Of a DNA stretch of 64,000 nucleotides, positions 1 to 7,232 are shown in pieces; positions within the stretch are counted from its first letter, which is position 1, and each line of letters begins with the position of its first letter. The DNA lies in IMG/VR virus record IMGVR_UViG_3300029448_000007. The stretch is one strand, 5' to 3'. Source of the stretch: an uncultured virus (IMG/VR IMGVR_UViG_3300029448_000007) (taxonomy: Duplodnaviria; Heunggongvirae; Uroviricota; Caudoviricetes; Crassvirales). The notes beneath the pieces were generated by a model. That model was not told the origin of the DNA. It did no database searches and worked only from the letters and a program-made list of their open reading frames with translations. The position numbers and the translations under genes are program-made.

Positions 1-155
1 ACTTCTCCATACACAGCATAAACACTTCCACCTATCCATTTATCTTCATAGCTACTAAGGTCAGAATATTCAATATTTTTCCCATCAGTTACAAGGTATC
101 CAACACTTTTGTCCTTTGGCATACCCACTTCTTTAATACTTCGCCATTTTATCAT
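1..155 (-). CDS. Partial small protein, DUF551-like N-terminus (MIKWRSIKEVGMPKDKSVGYLVTDG...)
   Basis: Hand-translated from ATG at 155; open to window edge; W-x-S-x-K-E-x-x-x-P start resembles DUF551-type phage proteins. Confidence 0.5.
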   Translation of the reverse strand, partial: MIKWRSIKEVGMPKDKSVGYLVTDGKNIEYSDLSSYEDKWIGGSVYAVYGE

Positions 156-200
156 TTTGTACTTGTTTATTTAAGTTCGTATTCCATCTCTCTTTGGTGT

Positions 201-572
201 TTAGTTTACCTTAATCAACTTGTACTTCTCACCATCAATCTCAACTACCTTACCTTCACAGCCTTTAGGTCTGTTGTCTTCAATTTTCCCATTACAGTTT
301 TCAAAGTAGATTTCATTTCCATTGGAATTGAATTCTCTTTTACACCAATACCCATCAGAGTCTTCAAAGTATATTACATTTCCATTGGAATCGAATTCTT
401 TTTTATACCAATTCCCATCAGAGAATTGATAGTATATTACATTTCCATCGGAATCCAATTCTCTTTTCCACCAATGCCCTTCAGAGTCTTCATAGTAGAT
501 TAGATTTCCATTCTTGTCTTTAATTATAAATGGAAACTCTGTTACGTTTAATTGTTGTGCGATTGTTTTCAT
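201..572 (-). CDS. Repeat protein with YxEDSxGxWxKRExDSNGN units (YD-repeat-like), paralog 1
   Basis: ORF track; about four 22-aa repeats; N- and C-termini near-identical to 569-874. Confidence 0.85.
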   Translation of the reverse strand: MKTIAQQLNVTEFPFIIKDKNGNLIYYEDSEGHWWKRELDSDGNVIYYQFSDGNWYKKEFDSNGNVIYFEDSDGYWCKREFNSNGNEIYFENCNGKIEDNRPKGCEGKVVEIDGEKYKLIKVN

Positions 573-874
573 TCGGATATTAGTTTATATTTTTTACCAT
601 CAATCTCAACTACCTTACCTTCACAACCTTTGGGTCTGTTGTCTCTAATTTGCCCATAAGAGTTTTCATAGTAGATTACATTTTCATTGGAATCTAATTC
701 TCTTTTAACCCAATACCCATCAAAGAATTCAGTGTAGATTTCTTTTCTATTGGAATCGTATTCTCTTTTTCTCCAAAACCCCTGAGAGTCTTCATAGTAG
801 ATTTGATTTCCATTCTTGTCTTTAATTTCAAATGGAAAGTCTTTGATGTTTAATTGTTGTGCTATTGTTTTCAT
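569..874 (-). CDS. Repeat protein, paralog 2 (one 22-aa repeat shorter)
   Basis: ORF track; MKTIAQQLN...KGCEGKVVEIDGxKYKL shared with 201-572; 101 vs 123 aa. Confidence 0.85.
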   Translation of the reverse strand: MKTIAQQLNIKDFPFEIKDKNGNQIYYEDSQGFWRKREYDSNRKEIYTEFFDGYWVKRELDSNENVIYYENSYGQIRDNRPKGCEGKVVEIDGKKYKLISE

Positions 875-885
875 TTTTTTGGTGT

Positions 886-1173
886 TTATCGTTTACTACC
901 TGATTGACTTTTTCTGAATTTCTTCAGAGCGTTCTTTCTGTTCAAAGCTGATACATAGTAATAACCTTCTTCGATTATCACCTTCTTCGGAATCGTTTTG
1001 TCTACATTGTAAGCACTTGAATACTTAGCCAAGCTAACTTCTTCTGTTTCTAAATCAACTTTGTACAGAGTGTGTCCTTTGTGTGGGACTATCGTGCCTA
1101 AAAAAGTTTTTTCCTTGCGTTGGTCTTTTTCGGCTTGTTGTTCTATGACAACCTTTGGTTCAAGCTCGTTCAT
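886..1173 (-). CDS. Hypothetical phage protein
   Basis: ORF starts at the ATG of a junction repeat and ends at the next repeat. Confidence 0.8.
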   Translation of the reverse strand: MNELEPKVVIEQQAEKDQRKEKTFLGTIVPHKGHTLYKVDLETEEVSLAKYSSAYNVDKTIPKKVIIEEGYYYVSALNRKNALKKFRKSQSGSKR

Positions 1174-1195
1174 CTCTATTTGGTGTTAGTTGGTG

Positions 1196-1498
1196 TTAGG
1201 CTTCATTGCCTTGAATTTTGTTTTTTATCCAATGACCCATTTCTTCACAGTAAGTTTCTACGGCATCACTTCTTTTGCAATCTTCATCATCTCTAAAAAC
1301 GTAAGAGAAATCAAATGCTTTTTGCTTAATTTCTTCATCAGTAGGCAACGAAAGCCTAACATCAGCTATATTGTATTGCTCGGCATACTTCTTCAATAAG
1401 TCTTTTAGCTTGTATTTAGCTGAGTAATCACCTTCAATAATTGTTTGGGGATGTATTCCCATCTCAGCTAAAAATAGTTCTTCTTTTACTTTAATCAT
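1196..1498 (-). CDS. Hypothetical two-module protein with IADVRLSLP linker
   Basis: ORF bounded by junction repeats; internal inverted box 1344-1360 matches 1195-1210. Confidence 0.8.
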   Translation of the reverse strand: MIKVKEELFLAEMGIHPQTIIEGDYSAKYKLKDLLKKYAEQYNIADVRLSLPTDEEIKQKAFDFSYVFRDDEDCKRSDAVETYCEEMGHWIKNKIQGNEA

Positions 1499-1510
1499 CT
1501 CTCTTTGGTG

Positions 1511-1666
1511 TTAAAGGTCAATTGATTGAATTATTTTTACTGAAAAGATGGTAAACATTATAATAGTAAACCAAAATATTTCTTTGTTAGAAAAAGCTAA
1601 AACACCACCAAAAGTTGGCGGGTCGTTAGGGTCTTCTTTTAGCCATTCAAAAAACTTTTTCATCAT
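1511..1666 (-). CDS. Small membrane protein (MMKKFFEWLKED...FWFTIIMFTIFSVKII)
   Basis: Likely start is the ATG at 1666 just after the repeat; C-terminal hydrophobic helix. Confidence 0.6.
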   Translation of the reverse strand: MMKKFFEWLKEDPNDPPTFGGVLAFSNKEIFWFTIIMFTIFSVKIIQSIDL

Positions 1667-1689
1667 TTTTTTCTCATCTCTCTTTGGTG

Positions 1690-1998
1690 TTAACGGTAAT
1701 TGTCTAAGTACCATTTCCAATGTCCTGCTTTCCATATCGCGGGGTTGTTTTTTTCTTTATTTAGTGTTGGTGGAAAAGAGCTCTCTGCTAAGTGGTACAA
1801 CTTATTTACGTGGTTTTTATGTACACAGTACCATATATCCGCACTTTCCAACTGTTCAATAGATAAACTACCTCTCTCTTTGGTGTTTGGTTTACCTCCC
1901 CAAGCTTTGATAACTGCATCTCTTGTAGGTGATGGCCTCAATCTATTCCACCTATCTATCCAATGTTGCTTTTCTTCTTTAGTCATCTTCGGTTTCAT
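1690..1998 (-). CDS. Hypothetical protein, apparent fusion of two cassettes through an internal junction repeat (PNTKERGS)
   Basis: ORF track; repeat copy at 1871-1887 lies in frame with its ATGA replaced by AGGT. Confidence 0.75.
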   Translation of the reverse strand: MKPKMTKEEKQHWIDRWNRLRPSPTRDAVIKAWGGKPNTKERGSLSIEQLESADIWYCVHKNHVNKLYHLAESSFPPTLNKEKNNPAIWKAGHWKWYLDNYR

Positions 1999-2006
1999 TT
2001 TGCAAA

Positions 2007-2186
2007 TTATATATAGAGTGCAGCCGTAGTTGAAATACTAACTAAGAACCTTAAAAGTATTTTTGGGATTACTTTATTGTCAATATCACTATTGTAATAG
2101 GATATAATCAAATTACCTAATAAAAAAGACGATTGAAATAACCAGAAAGCTGTAATGATTGGGTGTAATACTTCTATGAGTTTCAT
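2007..2186 (-). CDS. 59-aa two-helix membrane protein (MKLIEVLHPIITAFWLFQSS...)
   Basis: Hand-translated; starts at repeat ATG 2186, TAA at 2007-2009; below ORF-track cutoff. Confidence 0.7.
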   Translation of the reverse strand: MKLIEVLHPIITAFWLFQSSFLLGNLIISYYNSDIDNKVIPKILLRFLVSISTTAALYI

Positions 2187-2208
2187 CTCTCTTTGGTGTT
2201 AAAGGGTG

Positions 2209-2499
2209 TTAGCGGTAATGCCTATTACCGTTTTCTTTTATGAATTTATGGTAGTCTTGCTCTAACTCTGCAAGTTCTTCTATGTGGTCTCCACTCGGTG
2301 TATTCTCCCAAATATCCTCAACTAATTTGCATCGGTTACTCCAATAATCTGCTTCCGCACTACCGCTAACATCAGGTATAGAGCAGTTTTTTACTGCTGT
2401 TTCTAACTCTGTAATATACCTTAGTACACTTATTGGAGTGTGCAGGTAATCTTCTTCTGCGTTAGCCTTCCAATAGTTTAAATCTTCTTTGTCTTTCAT
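2209..2499 (-). CDS. Hypothetical two-module protein with CSIPDVSGS linker
   Basis: ORF bounded by repeats; internal inverted box 2357-2370 matches 2208-2221. Confidence 0.8.
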   Translation of the reverse strand: MKDKEDLNYWKANAEEDYLHTPISVLRYITELETAVKNCSIPDVSGSAEADYWSNRCKLVEDIWENTPSGDHIEELAELEQDYHKFIKENGNRHYR

Positions 2500-2522
2500 C
2501 TCTCTTTGGTGTTTGTTATCCG

Positions 2523-2651
2523 TTATGCAAAATGCAGGAAAGGCTTCGTCTGCTCCCAGATTTTCTCTTTGCTTTTTCGATTGTTTACAGTGCGAACCTG
2601 TTATCTTCGATAATCACAGACCTTATTACTAAGTAAACCTGCATAATTCAT
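2523..2651 (-). pseudogene. Decayed cassette gene (MNYAG...RR*QVR...FLHFA*)
   Basis: Frame from repeat ATG 2651 to TAA 2523-2525 is broken by an in-frame TAA at 2601-2603. Confidence 0.4.
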
Positions 2652-2784
2652 ATCTCTTTGGTGTTAAGGGTTAAGTGTCAGCAATCAGAGCAAATACCAA
2701 AATTTCTACAAGATTCTTTGTCTTCTTTATTAGGACATTCATGAAATAGAAAATGTTTGCTTTGCACTTTTGAAGCTTAATCAT

Positions 2785-2994
2785 TCATAAGTTCTTCCTT
2801 ATGGTCAAGAAGAGCATAAGTTCTTCCTTATGGTCAAGAAGAGCATTCAAATCTTTGTACTCAAGAATATCTAAAGCATCATAAAACTCTTTAAATCCTC
2901 CTGCATTCTTTACACTGACAATTCTATACTTATCATTTATCTTGACTAACAAATGATATAAGTAGTCTGTCTCTGCTTTAGCAATTATATGCAT
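2785..2994 (-). CDS. Hypothetical protein, C-terminus altered by 29-bp duplication
   Basis: ORF track. Confidence 0.6.
   Translation of the reverse strand: MHIIAKAETDYLYHLLVKINDKYRIVSVKNAGGFKEFYDALDILEYKDLNALLDHKEELMLFLTIRKNL
2786..2846. repeat. Perfect 29-bp tandem duplication (CATAAGTTCTTCCTTATGGTCAAGAAGAG x2)
   Basis: Direct reading: 2786-2814 and 2815-2843. Confidence 0.95.
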
Positions 2995-3004
2995 CTTGTA
3001 AAAT

Positions 3005-3178
3005 TTAGATGAAATATACTAAAGCTACACCAATTATCATAATGATTAATGAGATGGTATTGTCATAACCTTTTTTGGTATCTGTACCAAAATCAATCAT
3101 CTCATAAATCAGTCTAATACATGACATAATAATTATTATTATGCCAAAGTATTCGAGTATTGCTTTCTGTGTATCCAT
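3005..3178 (-). CDS. 57-aa two-helix membrane protein (MDTQKAILEYFGIIIIIMSC...)
   Basis: Hand-translated; two hydrophobic segments. Confidence 0.65.
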   Translation of the reverse strand: MDTQKAILEYFGIIIIIMSCIRLIYEMIDFGTDTKKGYDNTISLIIMIIGVALVYFI

Positions 3179-3262
3179 AGCTTTAATTAAAAAAAGATAA
3201 GCTGGCAGTGTATCTTGTGATGCTTACCAGCTATCCTTATAGGTTAGTTAACCCTTAAACTC

Positions 3263-3511
3263 TCAAGAATTTGTCCAAGAAATAAACCGTACTTCAGTAC
3301 TATCACTCTCGTGATGGAACTTATTGTGGTTTACCTTGTAGTTGAACTTTTCTTTTAACAGACGAATGGTTCTATTGTCAAGATGTTTCTCAACGCGAAG
3401 CATAGTAAAACCTTCACCATGTCGCTTTGCGATATCTTTTTCAATAGCATCGATCTCTTTTTTAACAGAGGCTACTTTTAAAGCAGCCTCGTTAGCACCA
3501 GTTCTCTCCAT
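3263..3511 (-). CDS. Hypothetical protein
   Basis: ORF track; TAATG coupling to upstream gene. Confidence 0.75.
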   Translation of the reverse strand: MERTGANEAALKVASVKKEIDAIEKDIAKRHGEGFTMLRVEKHLDNRTIRLLKEKFNYKVNHNKFHHESDSTEVRFISWTNS

Positions 3512-4065
3512 TACGCTGTAAGCTCACGAGATTGAACAGTAGCATCAGCAAGAAGCTCTTGCTTGATATCGCTCTCGTTGTACTCAGTCATAGAGATCTC
3601 AGACCTTGTACCCTTAGTCATGTCAACAATCTCTTCAGCATGCTCATCGTTGAAAGAAAGCAAAGTATTTCTGAAGATTGGCTTGTTGTCAATCATAATC
3701 ACCATATCGTCTCCGTCTTGTACTGGACGAGCCTTAGGTGTCTGCAACTGCATCTCACCATCAGAACCTACCCAACTTCTTGGAGTATGTGATTCTTGAA
3801 CAACAATGTCCATTGTCTCAACACCAAACTGATCTGCAGTAAGCTCAAGACCATCCTCAGGGATAACTTGGTCAAGACCATACTCAGAAATGTTTGCACG
3901 GTTCATAGGAACCCATGCAAGTCTGCGGTTCTTTGATACATTGGGATGTCCTTTCATAAGAATTCCAATGGAAGTCTTTTGAGGAACCTCTTGCATAAGA
4001 GTTAGACGAACAACTTCTGGGTTTCTTGTGTCTGTAATTTCGAGAAGTTTTACTGGATTTTCCAT
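3511..4065 (-). CDS. Conserved-looking crAss-like protein, possible ssDNA-binding protein
   Basis: 184 aa, beta-rich, DNKPIFRNT motif, acidic C-terminal part; function is a guess. Confidence 0.45.
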   Translation of the reverse strand: MENPVKLLEITDTRNPEVVRLTLMQEVPQKTSIGILMKGHPNVSKNRRLAWVPMNRANISEYGLDQVIPEDGLELTADQFGVETMDIVVQESHTPRSWVGSDGEMQLQTPKARPVQDGDDMVIMIDNKPIFRNTLLSFNDEHAEEIVDMTKGTRSEISMTEYNESDIKQELLADATVQSRELTA

Positions 4066-4231
4066 AGTTTTTGTTTTTGGTATTTAGAATAACCTTTCTT
4101 CGTTTAAGACATTCATATCGTGGTCATCTGGAAGGTGCCATGCCCTGAATGTTTTATCATCACAATAGAACTTGCTATTGACGATAACTATGTAAAAGAT
4201 GCCAAATTTGACTATCTTAAACTTTGTTGGG

Positions 4232-4546
4232 TCATCCTTTCCGCTTTTGTTCTTTGTTTTTAAGCGGAGTTCTTTCAAAAGTTGTCTCAACATACTTAGA
4301 TGTTTTAATGAACTTGGTGAATTCGTCAAAGCTCTCTTGAATAACTCTGCCTTTGGCATTCCAAGAGGATTCTTTTTCGTTCTTCACCATAAACATGAAG
4401 ATGTCACAAATTTCTTCGTGGTCATCCTCATTAAAACCCATATTGTCTAGGTATTTACGAATACCATAAACTTTAGAATTTTTTGTTTCAAACATGTTCA
4501 GTGCTTTTAACATTAACTTGTTGCTCAACGTACATTCTGTTGGCAT
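4232..4546 (-). CDS. Hypothetical protein
   Basis: ORF track; start uncertain (overlaps 4488-4733). Confidence 0.6.
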   Translation of the reverse strand: MPTECTLSNKLMLKALNMFETKNSKVYGIRKYLDNMGFNEDDHEEICDIFMFMVKNEKESSWNAKGRVIQESFDEFTKFIKTSKYVETTFERTPLKNKEQKRKG

Positions 4547-4733
4547 AGTCCATATGCCTGAACAGATAATCTCTGAGTTCTTTCTTCACATGTGGATGTG
4601 CATTTTTTAAGGTGGATATTAGGCTACTCACAAATTCATCGTCAGTCCTAAGACTTTTCCATGCATCTTTAAGATCAGATTCTTCTAATTCACTGATGCG
4701 ATTCTTAATTGTTCCTTTGATAGCGGTGTTCAT
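4488..4733 (-). CDS. Hypothetical protein
   Basis: ORF track. Confidence 0.7.
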   Translation of the reverse strand: MNTAIKGTIKNRISELEESDLKDAWKSLRTDDEFVSSLISTLKNAHPHVKKELRDYLFRHMDYANRMYVEQQVNVKSTEHV

Positions 4734-4748
4734 GTTACTTAAATTTAG

Positions 4749-4824
4749 TTGCGGTTGAGGAATCGAACCTCGGAGGAGAAGCTATCTCAAACGGCTCATG
4801 AGACCGTCTCTGACCAACACCGCA
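4749..4824 (-). tRNA. Aberrant tRNA-like element, anticodon CAT, no D-arm, long variable arm
   Basis: TGCGGT/ACCGCA acceptor, ACGGT-CTCATGA-GCCGT anticodon arm, GAGA-TAGCT-TCTC variable hairpin, GAGG-TTCGATT-CCTC T-arm; only ~10 nt where the D-arm should be. Confidence 0.7.
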
Positions 4825-4892
4825 TTTAAAAAATCAAAGTTTACTTAATTCCCGTGTTTGTTCTGATTTGAAAATTCCCACAATACCATTAC

Positions 4893-5138
4893 TTAGTACT
4901 TGTATACATCGTTACCATTCTTATGGATTGCTCCATTCCCCTTGTACTTCAAACCTCCATCTTCATCTTCATACCACTCATCATCAAATGCTTCTCGAAT
5001 GACAGTACATAAAGATTTCCATGATGAGTCATCAGAAATTTCATTAAACTCCTCTAGTAATAGATTCTCACTTGAAGCTTCTACTATAAAATACGTCCCA
5101 GACGGGTACAATCCCTTTCTACACAGATACTTTTTCAT
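4893..5138 (-). CDS. Hypothetical acidic protein
   Basis: ORF track. Confidence 0.7.
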   Translation of the reverse strand: MKKYLCRKGLYPSGTYFIVEASSENLLLEEFNEISDDSSWKSLCTVIREAFDDEWYEDEDGGLKYKGNGAIHKNGNDVYKY

Positions 5139-5186
5139 GTTTCTTTCTTTTTTTTATTAACTGTTTATCTTCAAGCAAAGATTTAG

Positions 5187-5260
5187 TACACTCGATAGGA
5201 TTCGAACCTATGACCGTCTGCTTAGAAGGCAGATGCTCTATCCAACTGAGCTACGAGTGT
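5187..5260 (-). tRNA. trnR: tRNA-Arg (anticodon TCT)
   Basis: Perfect cloverleaf: ACACTCG/CGAGTGT, GCTC/GAGC, TCTGC-CTTCTAA-GCAGA, ATAGG-TTCGAAT-CCTAT; CCA not encoded. Confidence 0.97.
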
Positions 5261-5267
5261 GGTAATC

Positions 5268-5549
5268 TTAAATTATTTCAGCGTCATTGAAATCTTGATA
5301 GTCAACAAGATTACCGTTAATTGAATAAATTATTCCAGTGAATTTGATTTGACAATCTATGTTCACTGCAGAACAAAAGGCAGCTATTGCTTGTAACGAT
5401 TCGTTACTTACATTTTCACCACCATCAGCTTCAAGACACATGAAACTAAGGTGATTAATAGTGAAGCCTATTCTTAAGACAAAAGTAATGAGCATCATTT
5501 TTTTTTCATCCGTTAAAGTCCACGGACTTTTGAATTCAATCTTGACCAT
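5268..5549 (-). CDS. Hypothetical protein
   Basis: ORF track; preceded by a junction-repeat variant. Confidence 0.7.
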   Translation of the reverse strand: MVKIEFKSPWTLTDEKKMMLITFVLRIGFTINHLSFMCLEADGGENVSNESLQAIAAFCSAVNIDCQIKFTGIIYSINGNLVDYQDFNDAEII

Positions 5550-5574
5550 TTTCTTGGTGTTAAAGGTTAGTAAA

Positions 5575-5960
5575 AAAACCTGGCTCCACTCGGGTTGATC
5601 TTGTGGTAACTTTATAAGTCAGATAGCACCAGGTTTATAAGTATTGGGTAACAAGCATTGCTTCATAACTTGTTACTTACAGCTTATTCGGGTCAAATAA
5701 GCGTGTCAGGTTGTTGTACCCTACTCTACGGACTCTATGCTGCGATTGTATTCGGCAACTCTGTTTTCAGCAAAGGTGTTAACCCGTAAGTGATTTTATC
5801 ACACTAGCTCTAGAAACTAGGAGCATTGCCTTTATTCTCAAATCGTCCCGTATACGAAATAAGGTTTATAGCAATATTATTCAAATGTATCGAGAATGTA
5901 TAAGACTATCAAACACACTATGCCTAAGCACATTGCAAAAAAGTCTTTAATACGTTCTCT
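5575..5960 (+). ncRNA. Candidate large structured non-coding RNA (or ssDNA structure)
   Basis: No ORF >=60 aa; at least eight stems; G-T pairs favour the + strand. Confidence 0.5.
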
Positions 5961-5965
5961 AACAC

Positions 5966-6286
5966 TTAACATCTTTTTGAGATATTATAGCCTTGGTCTT
6001 CTAGAAACTTAAAGCTATATCCTAACTGTAACTCACGAGCAGCACTAACTAATTCATAGATAGTTCTGTTGCGAGGACGAGTATGAAACCTATATGTACC
6101 GCGTGATACTTTACTAACAAGATTTCTGTCTTGTAGAATCGTAAGCATACAATACCTGTAAGGTAACTGATTTACATTGAAAGACTCTCTCGATCTTGAT
6201 AAGTCTTTCACTTTTATGAAACTGCAGTTCATGGTAGATTGATTTATGTGGTAAGGCCAGCCATTACAGCTGACCCCATCCACCAA
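5966..6286 (-). CDS. Hypothetical protein, possible winged-helix (LVSKVSRGTYRF)
   Basis: ORF track; start uncertain. Confidence 0.5.
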   Translation of the reverse strand: MVDGVSCNGWPYHINQSTMNCSFIKVKDLSRSRESFNVNQLPYRYCMLTILQDRNLVSKVSRGTYRFHTRPRNRTIYELVSAARELQLGYSFKFLEDQGYNISKRC

Positions 6287-6685
6287 TTAGTAAAATCTTA
6301 TTTCAATGACATCACCGTTTTTCTTTGTGAGCTTGACCTTGTTCATTCCACTTTTGAATCGGCTATGTGTCATCTTTTCAAGACTTGCATCATCTCTAAA
6401 CCCAAAGGTTACCCTATCACTTACAGGGCTATCAGGTTCTAGGTTAGAAGGTTCTACCCTATTGACATGACCACCAAGTTCGAAGAAGATACCACCATTG
6501 GTATCTATCTCAAACATGATGAGAGTCGTTTGGTACATTGAACCTTTCTCGCTCCAATAGTACATATCACCACAGGTGGTACCATTGACTGTCACATAGC
6601 CACGATAGTGGTCTGTGCGATAGATTTCATCTGAATGCTTGGTGCACGAAGCAAGTGCTACAAGAAATATAAGTAACTTTCTCAT
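6287..6685 (-). CDS. Predicted lipoprotein
   Basis: MRKLLIFLVALAS-C: basic N-terminus, hydrophobic core, lipobox LASC. Confidence 0.8.
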   Translation of the reverse strand: MRKLLIFLVALASCTKHSDEIYRTDHYRGYVTVNGTTCGDMYYWSEKGSMYQTTLIMFEIDTNGGIFFELGGHVNRVEPSNLEPDSPVSDRVTFGFRDDASLEKMTHSRFKSGMNKVKLTKKNGDVIEIRFY

Positions 6686-7071
6686 AGCACTTTGAAAATA
6701 CCGTCATCTTCAAGTTCAAGAAGATAAAAAGATAACTCTTCATCCAACTCTTTCATAGAAGAATACACATCAGTGTTTTCATCAGAGCATTGTTTCATCT
6801 GCTCCAAAGAAAACTCTGTGTTTTGACGACTCTTCTTCTCTATCACATGTACTTTGTCAACTAAACCATCATTATTAATCTCTTCGAGAAGAGTAATGTA
6901 ATGAATTAGGTTCTTATCTACAAAGTAACCAGCAATAGAACTTCTGAGTTTATTACTTTCGTGAAGAGCTCTAAGCTTAATAAGCTTTTTATACTCTTTG
7001 TTATCCCAGACATCTGAGTTAAGTTCGCATTTAAGATCAAACATTCTTTTTTCAATCTCTGAATATGTCAT
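6682..7071 (-). CDS. Hypothetical protein
   Basis: ORF track; ATGA overlap with next gene. Confidence 0.75.
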   Translation of the reverse strand: MTYSEIEKRMFDLKCELNSDVWDNKEYKKLIKLRALHESNKLRSSIAGYFVDKNLIHYITLLEEINNDGLVDKVHVIEKKSRQNTEFSLEQMKQCSDENTDVYSSMKELDEELSFYLLELEDDGIFKVL

Positions 7072-7191
7072 GTGACTTGGTGATTAATTTTAGGTGGGTT
7101 TTGATTAATTCCATGGGTACTATAGTATAGAAGAAAAGAAGAAGAAGTCATTTAATTTTAGTTGATTACGCTATGTATTTATCATAAAAAG

Positions 7192-7219
7192 AAAAAAAGG
7201 GAGCCTGTGAAGACTCCCT
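7192..7219 (-). terminator. Intrinsic terminator
   Basis: AGGGAGTCT-TCAC-AGGCTCCCT followed by a T run on the minus strand. Confidence 0.85.
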
Positions 7220-7232
7220 AAAAGGTGGGTGG

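Larger units (their letters stand above)
185..2665. repeat. Dispersed 17-bp gene-junction repeat CATCTCTCTTTGGTGTT (minus strand AACACCAAAGAGAGATG)
   Basis: Copies at 185-201, 872-886 (variant), 1171-1187, 1496-1512, 1675-1691, 1871-1887, 2184-2200, 2497-2513, 2649-2665; a further variant at 5547-5561. Confidence 0.95.

Noticed and set aside
185..2665. CRISPR array interpretation of the junction repeats
   Set aside because: Spacing is ~150-700 bp and irregular, intervals are mostly intact genes, the repeat is only 17 bp, and no cas genes are present
4084..4359. 91-aa minus-strand ORF
   Set aside because: Overlaps 4232-4546 by 128 bp with no convincing start; the 3-prime half may be a real short gene but cannot be delimited
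5575..5960. tmRNA, RNase P RNA, group I intron or retron identity for the structured region
   Set aside because: No tRNA-like ends, no recognisable conserved cores, no interrupted host gene and no reverse transcriptase nearby
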